From a virus, in the IMG/VR virus record IMGVR_UViG_3300025141_000022, positions 1 through 64,000 of that record: a stretch of DNA of 64,000 bases; one strand, written 5' to 3'. Within the stretch, counting starts at the first letter, position 1. Every line of letters starts with the position of its first letter. This document shows positions 7,166 through 15,328 of the stretch, in pieces. The position numbers were made by a program, and so were the translations under genes. The notes below the pieces were generated by a model that made no database searches, was not told where the DNA came from, and worked only from the letters and a program-made list of their open reading frames with translations.

Positions 7166-7665
7166 CCATGGATAAAGACAAGATCGAGGATACAGAAGAT
7201 AATGTTGTTTATCTAGATGAGTATCGCAGAGCTATAGAAGAAGAAAGAAAAGAAGAGGAGAAAAGAAAGAGCCTCGACGAGGAGCAAGAAAGTTATTTTC
7301 TTATGGATGATCTAAGCTCGATGTCTAAGGGTGATGCTAAAAGGTTTACTGATAGCGTGATGGCACTGATCGAAACGCTCGCTGGGATCGACCACATCGA
7401 TGACCCGACTGATGATGTATCGGAGCGACCACCATTCGTTGACTATCAAGATAGAGATTTGCCCGAGGAAGAAAATGATGTGGAGGCTCAGAATAATAAA
7501 AGTATCAAAACCGATACGACTGGTAGGAAGACCACAATCATAGCAATACCACTTCACCCATTGGATACATTTATGAGTGAGGGTATTAAAAGGTATCAGG
7601 ATAAAGAAAGAAATAGTATCGATAAAGATAACACTCAAGAAGAGGAAGGTGACATAGAGGAGTAG
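7162..7665 (+). CDS. Acidic hypothetical protein
   Basis: 167-aa D/E-rich ORF overlapping the previous stop. Confidence 0.65.
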   Translation: MTMDKDKIEDTEDNVVYLDEYRRAIEEERKEEEKRKSLDEEQESYFLMDDLSSMSKGDAKRFTDSVMALIETLAGIDHIDDPTDDVSERPPFVDYQDRDLPEEENDVEAQNNKSIKTDTTGRKTTIIAIPLHPLDTFMSEGIKRYQDKERNSIDKDNTQEEEGDIEE

Positions 7666-8404
7666 CATAAGTAACATACATAACATGAGACAGTGTTAGT
7701 TTGTGTGACAAAGTGGTACAAAGTGGAGTAAAGTGGATCCACCTAAGTGATCACTTTGGTTATAAAGGTAACTGTAAGTGTATGGGTTTGTATACAAGTA
7801 TTCAATCTGTACGCTAAAATGGTTTAGTCTTAATACATACACGCTACGCTTTGTCAAGTGACTCAAAATGTATACGGACATATATAGACCGTATCACATA
7901 ACATACGGACAACCAATGACCGTATCAAATCATATACACTTGACAACCGAACTGCACCGTGTTATAGGGCGAGGGCAGATGTATATAAATGTATACACGC
8001 GCTCACACTGTCGCATATGTACACAATGCGATGTGACACACTAAATGCTCGCGAGGTAAGGGAAACATTCGCGAGGGTAATAAAATAAATAATGTAAACA
8101 AACATAAGAAACACTGTTACAAAAAGAGAGGGAGAGAGTAATAGTATATAAGAGTATACAGTAAGGGATAGCCCAGTTATAACCTATGTTACCACTGTAG
8201 CATCATATATGATACATAAACCTTTGTATACATAAATGCTACAACGCGAAACGTCAGGTTACAAGTATGTTATCAAGGGGGGGGAGTACCCCCCTACCCC
8301 CCTAGGGCCGGAATCTATGTCCCTAGCGTATTGACCTGTCAAGTGGCGATTAAATACATTCACGATACGCACAGAAATTTTCCAGATTTTAGCATATATA
8401 CTAC
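7666..8404. other. Long non-coding control region (candidate origin or genome terminus)
   Basis: No credible ORF; phased AAAGTGG x3, two ATACGG-N11-CCGTAT palindromes, an orphan promoter, a G8/C6/C6 tract. Confidence 0.6.
7940..7968 (+). promoter_or_regulatory. Sigma70-type promoter with no nearby ORF
   Basis: TTGACA 7940, 17 bp, TGtTATAGG. Confidence 0.5.
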
Positions 8405-8617
8405 ATGGGAGTAATAAGAACAGAGAAGAATACCTGCCCGCGTTGCGGTAGTCCGATTATATGGATGTGTTATGGCAAAACCGGGTTCGCATACTGCTCA
8501 AGGTCGCCAAAGGCAACCATGGAGTTTAAACTCGGCTCTACAAGGCCCCGGTTCTGTCATTGGGAAGGGAAGTGTCAGCGAATGAAGAATGGTAGGATCG
8601 AATTCGTTTATGAATAA
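8405..8617 (+). CDS. Small Cys-rich (zinc-ribbon-like) protein
   Basis: CPRCG...C...C...C pattern. Confidence 0.6.
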   Translation: MGVIRTEKNTCPRCGSPIIWMCYGKTGFAYCSRSPKATMEFKLGSTRPRFCHWEGKCQRMKNGRIEFVYE

Positions 8618-8698
8618 GAGGGTTTGTAAAAAAAAACGCAAATAAAAATTCGGAATCGTAAGCTAATCCATAGTTAGAAGAGAGGGAGAAATACCGCT

Positions 8699-8869
8699 AT
8701 GTTAACAAAGGAAGAGATTATGCGCTTTCAGGCTCAATTAGCAGCATGTACGTCAGTGATTGATCAAATGCAAGATAAGTTAGAGCAAATTACCGAAAGA
8801 CTTAATGAAAATATAAAAGCAGCCAAAATGCCAGTTAAATGCGATTCGGTTAATGGCAAAGCAAAATAA
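8699..8869 (+). CDS. Small coiled-coil protein (56 aa, not in track)
   Basis: MLTKEEIMRFQAQLAACTSVIDQMQDKLEQ...; GGAG upstream. Confidence 0.55.
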   Translation: MLTKEEIMRFQAQLAACTSVIDQMQDKLEQITERLNENIKAAKMPVKCDSVNGKAK

Positions 8870-9242
8870 GAAGAAAGAGAAAGAAAAAAAGAAAGCAGAA
8901 AAGAAGCGCGTATTTAAAAGAACGAAAGCGGCGACCCAGCAACAGACAGCATTCTTCGTTGCGGGTGACTTAGTGAAGATTAGAACGGCCAGTTTTGCAA
9001 AGATAGAAGACACCATGGATCTAGATGTAGTATATGGAACACACAACATGGGGAAAACAGGCGTAGTGATTAAACAGATGGGAGAGGAGTATAATACTAT
9101 GCGGAGGACGATGTATGTCGATGACATGTTAGAGTGGTGGTATAATGGCTCAGGAAGAGGACCGTATTACAAAGTATACGTTGATGGAGAGAACTACATT
9201 TACTCCAGGCAAGAATTAGAGTTAATATCTGAAGCTTGGTGA
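8853..9242 (+). CDS. Dispersed VGDLV-family protein with a basic N-terminus
   Basis: VAGDLVKIR...LELISEAW*. Confidence 0.7.
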   Translation: MAKQNKKKEKEKKKAEKKRVFKRTKAATQQQTAFFVAGDLVKIRTASFAKIEDTMDLDVVYGTHNMGKTGVVIKQMGEEYNTMRRTMYVDDMLEWWYNGSGRGPYYKVYVDGENYIYSRQELELISEAW

Positions 9243-9293
9243 GTTATAGTGTTTTATAGTGTTAGCACACTATATACTTTAAGGAGCCTAGTT

Positions 9294-9599
9294 ATGGACG
9301 AATTCCCCAGTGGATCTGATGCTTTAGAGGCAGCAACCATGCAAACTGTTAAAGAGTTGCTAGAATATGCAACTGGCGGTCTTTCGGATAAGGAACCGAT
9401 ACCGTATCAATTATTATCTGGCTCAGGCGATGCGTGGTATTACGACACCAAAGAACGTATCCCGGTCAGAGTTTCCAGAGGTTCGGAAGTTATGGTGATG
9501 AGTTCAAAACCCGATTCTCAAGGACGGATTTTAGTTTATGTTCCACATAGGCTTATCCTAGTTCCTGAAGAAGACCTTATCACTGTTGGCTTTAATTAG
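9294..9599 (+). CDS. Hypothetical protein
   Basis: AAGGAG RBS before ATG 9294. Confidence 0.65.
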   Translation: MDEFPSGSDALEAATMQTVKELLEYATGGLSDKEPIPYQLLSGSGDAWYYDTKERIPVRVSRGSEVMVMSSKPDSQGRILVYVPHRLILVPEEDLITVGFN

Positions 9600-9823
9600 T
9601 GAACCAATTGAACCTCCATGGTGTTCGGCACAATGATGTCGAACACCTTCTTCATTCTTTCTTATATCGTAATTTGGACAATCTTCCCGTAGAGGTTATA
9701 ACAGGCAAATCTGACCAAATGAGAAATATTGTTAAGTCTGTTATTAAAGAATACGGGTTTTTTTGTCATAATCAACACTGGGTTAACGAAGGGTGTTTAA
9801 TCATAACCGACTCCGAGGTGTAA
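9599..9823 (+). CDS. Stand-alone Smr-domain protein
   Basis: LNLHG...VITGK motifs typical of the Smr domain. Confidence 0.75.
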   Translation: MNQLNLHGVRHNDVEHLLHSFLYRNLDNLPVEVITGKSDQMRNIVKSVIKEYGFFCHNQHWVNEGCLIITDSEV

Positions 9824-9964
9824 ATGCACATAGATGATGAAATCAAGTTAGAACGTCGAATAAAGAACACTGTTCTTTCTATTCCTTTCTTTGTTAGTTA
9901 CTGGGCCTTTGGGTTCGAATTCACTGTTTTACTACTACTGATATTTATCTTATTTAAAAAATAG
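9824..9964 (+). CDS. Small membrane protein (46 aa, not in track)
   Basis: Hand translation with hydrophobic C-terminus ...TVLLLLIFILFKK*. Confidence 0.5.
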   Translation: MHIDDEIKLERRIKNTVLSIPFFVSYWAFGFEFTVLLLLIFILFKK

Positions 9965-10015
9965 CAATTTTTCTGCCCTCAAGTCTATCTACTATAGAAT
10001 AACTGAGGTTTTGCT

Positions 10016-10678
10016 ATGTATAAAAAAAATTTTCTATCAACTTTTCTATGCGCATTGATGCTTATCGGCTGTAGCGCATGTTCGCCCGAATTAGAGAGCG
10101 AACCAACATCTGATTCTCAAGAGCCCGCGCCCGTCGTTGTAGATTCTGGCCCCTCTGTGGATTCAACTGAGCCTGAAGAGCCTGACCGGTCTTGGGTCAC
10201 ATGGACCGATTGCGGCGGTGCTGTTGGCGAGCACGCATGCGATTTTACATTTAAAGACCAAGACGACCTTGATTGGTCTTTATATGACCAACATGGCAAG
10301 CTAACTCTTCTGGACTTTTCCACGATGTGGTGCTCTGTCTGTAACAACATTGCTACTAAGGGTAACGAATTTGAGGCGAAATACGGGCAGAACAGTAGTG
10401 GCGCCGTTCAATTCGAATGGATTACGGTTCTTATTGATGATTCTACTGGGGGTACTGTGGATTTAGCTGATGTTCAAGCGTGGGTTAATAACTATGGCAT
10501 AAATGGCACCGTTTTAGCTGGGGATCGAAGTATTATCGATTTAACTGCTGCTGAAGGGTTTCCTATTAGCTCCTGGCCGACTCTCGTACTTGTTGGTGAA
10601 GAAATGGAGATTCTTGCAGGATGGCGTGGATGGAATGAATCTTGGGTTTCTACTGCCATTGAGGAACATCTAAACTAA
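10016..10678 (+). CDS. TlpA/redoxin-family thioredoxin-fold lipoprotein
   Basis: Lipobox LIGC; FSTMWCSVC (WCxxC); SWPTLVLV. Confidence 0.8.
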   Translation: MYKKNFLSTFLCALMLIGCSACSPELESEPTSDSQEPAPVVVDSGPSVDSTEPEEPDRSWVTWTDCGGAVGEHACDFTFKDQDDLDWSLYDQHGKLTLLDFSTMWCSVCNNIATKGNEFEAKYGQNSSGAVQFEWITVLIDDSTGGTVDLADVQAWVNNYGINGTVLAGDRSIIDLTAAEGFPISSWPTLVLVGEEMEILAGWRGWNESWVSTAIEEHLN

Positions 10679-10730
10679 TTATAAAAGACCCAAAGGGGTA
10701 AAAAATTTTTAGTAAAGGATTTTGATACAA

Positions 10731-11147
10731 ATGAGCATAAAACTAGATGAACTGCGAAAGATTATTTCTGAGGTCATAGCAGAGGGTAATCCATACAACC
10801 CAATTCAAACCATGCCGGCCGCACAACAACCGAGCCCTGGCGAGCAAGGAATCAGATCAACCTATCACATGGGCACCCACGGCGCAGTCGGTGATCCGAG
10901 AGACGATGAAGATCTTGAAGGGATATCTGATTCGGATAAGGCAGCGCTATTTGATGCTCTTATGCAAAATGTAAAAATTCTTCTTGAGAACTGGCGGGAG
11001 CGCGATCCGCAAACGACGGCTGGTAGCTACTTTCACGATGTGTTACATTTGGTCAAAAGTTATGACCCAGAATACTTCCCTCCCAGCGATGATCCATCAG
11101 CGATGTCGGATGACGCAATAGACCCTTTAAGTGGAATTGGTGAATAG
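10731..11147 (+). CDS. Hypothetical protein
   Basis: ORF; start 10722 or 10731. Confidence 0.65.
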   Translation: MSIKLDELRKIISEVIAEGNPYNPIQTMPAAQQPSPGEQGIRSTYHMGTHGAVGDPRDDEDLEGISDSDKAALFDALMQNVKILLENWRERDPQTTAGSYFHDVLHLVKSYDPEYFPPSDDPSAMSDDAIDPLSGIGE

Positions 11148-11186
11148 TACCTTCACAGATTCAAATAAACACTATATACTTATGTA

Positions 11187-11663
11187 ATGAGTGATGATGT
11201 GTGGTTTACTGGTACAGGAATACAAATAGCATTCAACGATATTGTTGATTCGGTGAAGAGCCATTGCCAATTAGGTGGCAAAGTGTTTGTTGGCTCCGAT
11301 AGTTTTTTAAACAAAGACAAATGTACGTTCACAACTGCTATATGTCTACATGGAGCAAAAGGACAAAGTGGAGGCAATTATTTTGTTCGACGCAAGAAGT
11401 TTCCTAAATCCAAGTTTAATAGTTTAGTTCATCGCATAACTATTGAAGTCAACCAATCTGTAGAACTTGGTCTTCAGTTATTGGAGCACTGCCCTCGACT
11501 CAGTATCGAACTACACCTAGATGTCAGCGCCCCAGAAAAGAAGATGGCAACTAGTAAATTTTCCGATGCTTTAGTTGGTTACGCTCGTGGTGCTGGTTTT
11601 GAAACTAAAATTAAACCTAACTCTTGGGCAGCAGCTGCAGTTGCGGATAAACATTCAAAATAA
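11187..11663 (+). CDS. RNase H-like YkuK (DUF458) family protein
   Basis: VFVGSDS, ELHLDV, KIKPNSWAAAAVADKH. Confidence 0.75.
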   Translation: MSDDVWFTGTGIQIAFNDIVDSVKSHCQLGGKVFVGSDSFLNKDKCTFTTAICLHGAKGQSGGNYFVRRKKFPKSKFNSLVHRITIEVNQSVELGLQLLEHCPRLSIELHLDVSAPEKKMATSKFSDALVGYARGAGFETKIKPNSWAAAAVADKHSK

Positions 11664-11672
11664 GGCATATTT

Positions 11673-12035
11673 ATGAGAACTTTAGAATCATTAAAATTAT
11701 ATAGCAAGAAAGTTGGCCGTATTAGAGGTGAAACCGTTAAAGAAAGAATACAATTTATTATCAGCCGATGTGAAAACGTTGAAGAGGCATGCCGCTTAGC
11801 TAGGCAAGAAAGGAGAGACTTAACCAATTACCGACTTGAATACTCCAACAAACACAAGCTCATCAGAGAACAGCTTTCAAGAATGCAATTTTCTGGTGGT
11901 ACAGACCTAGATATCTATATTGACAATCTTAAGCAAGAATTTTTAACTACCGATGTTGCAGCACATGTCGATACTTTGGGTTATCTAATTGTGGAACTGA
12001 GCAAAGCTAACCGAAGTTGGTGGGCAGACGAATAA
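11673..12035 (+). CDS. Hypothetical protein
   Basis: 120-aa ORF. Confidence 0.6.
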   Translation: MRTLESLKLYSKKVGRIRGETVKERIQFIISRCENVEEACRLARQERRDLTNYRLEYSNKHKLIREQLSRMQFSGGTDLDIYIDNLKQEFLTTDVAAHVDTLGYLIVELSKANRSWWADE

Positions 12036-12042
12036 AAAACAC

Positions 12043-12071
12043 TTGCCTTTTTGAGTATACTGTGTTATATT
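12043..12071 (+). promoter_or_regulatory. Sigma70-type promoter
   Basis: TTGCCT, 17 bp, TGtTATATT. Confidence 0.55.
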
Positions 12072-12093
12072 AATACAGTCATCAGGAGGCATT

Positions 12094-12411
12094 ATGTTCT
12101 ATAAACCGCTCAACTCAACCATCAGATGTGCTGATGGATTTTCTATGAGTGTGCAAGCTAGCTCAACAGCTTATTCTACACCAAGAAACAATGTAGGGCC
12201 ATACACCACAGCTGAGGTCGGATTCCCAAGTCAAGAAGAAGATCTTCTCATCGAATATGCAGACAATCGCATGGAGCCCACCGAGACTGTATATGGTTAT
12301 GTTCCGCGTCAAACAATTGTGAATGTTATTGTTAAGCACGGCGGGATTGTGGAAGGAGAGCTTCCCGAAGGTTTCCCTTTTCTAAAGGCGGCATCACATG
12401 ACTCTGAATGA
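12094..12411 (+). CDS. Hypothetical phage protein
   Basis: AGGAGG RBS, 105 aa. Confidence 0.7.
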   Translation: MFYKPLNSTIRCADGFSMSVQASSTAYSTPRNNVGPYTTAEVGFPSQEEDLLIEYADNRMEPTETVYGYVPRQTIVNVIVKHGGIVEGELPEGFPFLKAASHDSE

Positions 12412-12838
12412 AAGAAGAAGGTTGTTTAGCGCTAGTTTTAATATACTAGCAAATTGGCTCTATGACAAGGGCTATAATCTTCATGTTGATACTGATGAGA
12501 CAAATGCATTTTATCGGGAAGACAAACTTATCTGTATTGATTCTCGCATGGGAATTGAAAAGAGGCTGTACACACTTATACACGAGTGTGGGCACTTGCT
12601 AATAGAAGACAGATGGTCTGCGTATGCTAAAAAGTACTTGCACGCCGGTGTACGAGACGATGGAAGAAAAATGAGATCTGCAAAATATAGAGTTTCTATT
12701 ATTGAAGAAGAAGTAGAAGCTTGGGAAAAGGGATACCGACTAGCTAAAAGACTTAATCTTTACATTGATGAAGAGGGGTTCATTAAAGATAAAACTGAGG
12801 CTTTGATGAGTTATTTTGAATGGGCAAGCAAACCATAA
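12398..12838 (+). CDS. ImmA/IrrE-like HExxH metallopeptidase
   Basis: LIHECGH followed by EEEVEAW. Confidence 0.65.
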   Translation: MTLNERRRLFSASFNILANWLYDKGYNLHVDTDETNAFYREDKLICIDSRMGIEKRLYTLIHECGHLLIEDRWSAYAKKYLHAGVRDDGRKMRSAKYRVSIIEEEVEAWEKGYRLAKRLNLYIDEEGFIKDKTEALMSYFEWASKP

Positions 12839-13146
12839 AAATAGGTTCACTAGTGTGGTATAATGTGGGCGGAGGCAAACAGAAATCCATAGGGCTAGTT
12901 GTAGACTATCGCTCTAAAGTACCCTCGCCGGGATTTGGCTGGGGCTTGACCGACTCGTATATGGAATGTATAAGAGTACATTGGGTTACAAAAGGAACAT
13001 ATATGCCCAAGCCAATTGACATTGAGTGTGGCAACCCGCTCATTGAGCAGATTGCGCCAGGACAAATTATAGTTTATGACATACCGCTATCAAATGATAA
13101 TTGGTATGAGGCTAAGTATTTTAAAATTATTTCGGAGGTTAAATGA
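12820..13146 (+). CDS. Dispersed VG(D/S)LV-like SH3 protein
   Basis: IKIGSLVWY...FKIISEVK. Confidence 0.6.
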   Translation: MGKQTIKIGSLVWYNVGGGKQKSIGLVVDYRSKVPSPGFGWGLTDSYMECIRVHWVTKGTYMPKPIDIECGNPLIEQIAPGQIIVYDIPLSNDNWYEAKYFKIISEVK

Positions 13147-13373
13147 CAAGCTTAATGCTAACAATAATAATTGCAGCCACGCAGTATGCCGGCACAGTAG
13201 ACATGATTGAAGAGGACATTGCTGTGGTTGAAATGATATCAGAAGATTCAGAACCTATCACTCTGGAACTGCCTGTTGCTATATTTCCATGCGAAATTAA
13301 AGAGGGCGACTGGTTTTACATGGAACAAATTGATGGGGTCACCGAGTTGCGGTGCGGGGAGCCGCCACTATGA
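13143..13373 (+). CDS. DUF3006-like protein
   Basis: VDMIEEDIAVVE...LP...IKEGD. Confidence 0.6.
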   Translation: MTSLMLTIIIAATQYAGTVDMIEEDIAVVEMISEDSEPITLELPVAIFPCEIKEGDWFYMEQIDGVTELRCGEPPL

Positions 13374-13825
13374 AAATTGTATTTCTACATGGATTGAACT
13401 CTTCACCAAACAGTTTTAAGCGGCAACTCTTAGAGAACGAAGGGCACCAAGTATCTGCGCCGTTTCTGAAGGCTGATGACTGGGAAGCTTCCGTTATGGC
13501 AGCAAGGACATACATTGATTTGGCCAAGCCAGATGTTGTTATTGGCTCTAGTCGAGGCGGCGCCGTTGCAATGTGTGCTAACACGAACACTCCGCTAATT
13601 CTTATCGCACCAGCATGGAGCAAGTATTGCCCATGGGGCACGATTTCTGCAGCTACTACGATCATTCATTCTAAAACAGACGAGATTATTCCGTTTTCTG
13701 ATAGTGAACTTTTAGCAAAGACGTTTGGCGCTTCATTGGTTCAAGCCGGCGTCGATCACAGAATGAACGACGAAGAGGCAACGAGCGCCCTATTAAGAGT
13801 GCTTGAGGGAACATATGAGGTATAA
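13370..13825 (+). CDS. Alpha/beta hydrolase (YqiA/YcfP-like esterase)
   Basis: FLHGLNSS, GSSRGG nucleophile elbow, D...H. Confidence 0.8.
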   Translation: MKIVFLHGLNSSPNSFKRQLLENEGHQVSAPFLKADDWEASVMAARTYIDLAKPDVVIGSSRGGAVAMCANTNTPLILIAPAWSKYCPWGTISAATTIIHSKTDEIIPFSDSELLAKTFGASLVQAGVDHRMNDEEATSALLRVLEGTYEV

Positions 13826-13967
13826 AAAAGCAGACAGGGAAATAATTCTTTCTCAAGTACTCAAACATTCTATATTTAGTTTATGTTTAGGCGCTATTAT
13901 TGTTATAGCAGCAATGAAGCATGGCCCAGACTTTTCAGGCAAGCCGGATAATGAAAAAAACATCTGA
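13815..13967 (+). CDS. Small membrane protein (50 aa, not in track)
   Basis: Hand translation with one hydrophobic helix. Confidence 0.45.
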   Translation: MRYKKADREIILSQVLKHSIFSLCLGAIIVIAAMKHGPDFSGKPDNEKNI

Positions 13968-14238
13968 ACAAAATGTATTAGGCGGATTACTATTAGAGCG
14001 TTATGACGTTGGTGATTTAGTTTCGTGGTCGGTTCAAGTAAATGAGCATGGGAACAAGATTAAAGAACTAGGAGTCATATCAGATTTATATGTAGCTGAA
14101 CGAGGCGATAGAGATGTAGCTATAGCAAAAGTTCTTCCTTTAGAAAATTCTTTAATTGAAAAGGAGCTACTTATTATGAGTGTTGAATTGGTTTCAAAAG
14201 CGAAAAAGAAGAATGGAGACAAAACTGAAATCTGGTGA
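13951..14238 (+). CDS. Dispersed VGDLV-family protein
   Basis: YDVGDLVSW; stop supplied by the next gene's GGT-GAT codons. Confidence 0.65.
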   Translation: MKKTSEQNVLGGLLLERYDVGDLVSWSVQVNEHGNKIKELGVISDLYVAERGDRDVAIAKVLPLENSLIEKELLIMSVELVSKAKKKNGDKTEIW

Positions 14239-14482
14239 TTTAGTTGTAGTTGAAAATAGAATTGGTATACTATTAAATCGATTTGATTTTTCACTAAATC
14301 CATTCTTGTACGATCCGCCTGCACGCGATGTAGAGTGGTGTTGGACCATTTATTGGAATTCAACTCCGCCCATGCGTTATAGCTATGAAAGCGGATACAA
14401 GGAAGAGTCTCTATTAGAAAATATACAGTGCGGTATAATAGATTACTATCCGTGCTCGACTCGACTCGATGAGATACCATGA
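14213..14482 (+). CDS. Dispersed VGDLV-family protein
   Basis: METKLKSGDLVVV. Confidence 0.65.
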   Translation: METKLKSGDLVVVENRIGILLNRFDFSLNPFLYDPPARDVEWCWTIYWNSTPPMRYSYESGYKEESLLENIQCGIIDYYPCSTRLDEIP

Positions 14483-14694
14483 GTATAGACGTAGGAGATC
14501 TGGTTATATTAAAAGATTTCTTCTCGTATCTTGGAGAATGTTTAGAAAAACATATTCACTCACCATGTGTTGGGGTTATTGTAAAATATGAAGAGTCAAG
14601 AGTTAAGGTGCTGTGGACAGAAATAAATGAATACACATGGGAGCATGAACTCGATGTAATAATCATCTCTGGACACAAAAGAAATGGTCAATAA
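14479..14694 (+). CDS. Dispersed VGDLV-family protein
   Basis: MSIDVGDLVIL...ELDVII. Confidence 0.65.
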   Translation: MSIDVGDLVILKDFFSYLGECLEKHIHSPCVGVIVKYEESRVKVLWTEINEYTWEHELDVIIISGHKRNGQ

Positions 14695-14722
14695 GTAGTT
14701 TACGTTCATAGTTACTAATGAG

Positions 14723-14911
14723 ATGAATTCTGATTACTATGCCTATATTTTGGCCCTCATTGACAAAGAGGCCGCCCAAGAGAAGTTCGAAATGGAGCGC
14801 CTCTGGCTACATGCACCAGAGCCTGTAGAGCCATCTAATGAAGAAGTAGTCGATACGGAAGAAGATGAACACAAACAAAGAGGTTTTACTATAGTAGATT
14901 TTACAATATAA
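14723..14911 (+). CDS. Small acidic hypothetical protein
   Basis: 62-aa ORF. Confidence 0.55.
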   Translation: MNSDYYAYILALIDKEAAQEKFEMERLWLHAPEPVEPSNEEVVDTEEDEHKQRGFTIVDFTI

Positions 14912-14926
14912 ATAAAAATATTATGT

Positions 14927-14957
14927 ACCGCTCGTTAAAAGGGGCGGTGTTTTTTTT
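14927..14957 (+). terminator. Rho-independent terminator
   Basis: ACCGCTC/GGGCGGT stem followed by T8. Confidence 0.7.
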
Positions 14958-14986
14958 GGCAACTATTTATATGTGGAGCATTGTAT

Positions 14987-15328
14987 ATGAGTGTTGTTGA
15001 CCACATTGCCGTCTTAGTGGATGATTTAGATGAAGCACTAGATTGGTGGCAAGAGCGTCTAGGCGCGGCCGTTACACATAGAGATGAGTTTTATTATCGT
15101 TTAAGTGTGAATAACACTAACATAGCACTCATAAGCAAAAATAAGTATCCATCAGCACACATTGGAATACTTTGCGATAGTTATCACGAATTACCAAAAG
15201 AAGGTACAAAGGTTGAACATAGAGACGGAACAGTCGGAGTTTACCAAGAAGATCCTTCAGGTAATGTTGTTGAGTTTATTTGGTACAATAAAGAATGCAG
15301 GGAGAAATTTTTAAATGAAGAATCTTAA
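14987..15328 (+). CDS. VOC/glyoxalase family protein
   Basis: DHIAVLVDDLDEA...W...LG; EDPSGNVVEF. Confidence 0.8.
   Translation: MSVVDHIAVLVDDLDEALDWWQERLGAAVTHRDEFYYRLSVNNTNIALISKNKYPSAHIGILCDSYHELPKEGTKVEHRDGTVGVYQEDPSGNVVEFIWYNKECREKFLNEES

Noticed and set aside
9905-9930. GGGTTCGAAT as a tRNA T-loop
   Set aside because: No flanking stems; it lies within a small membrane-protein ORF.
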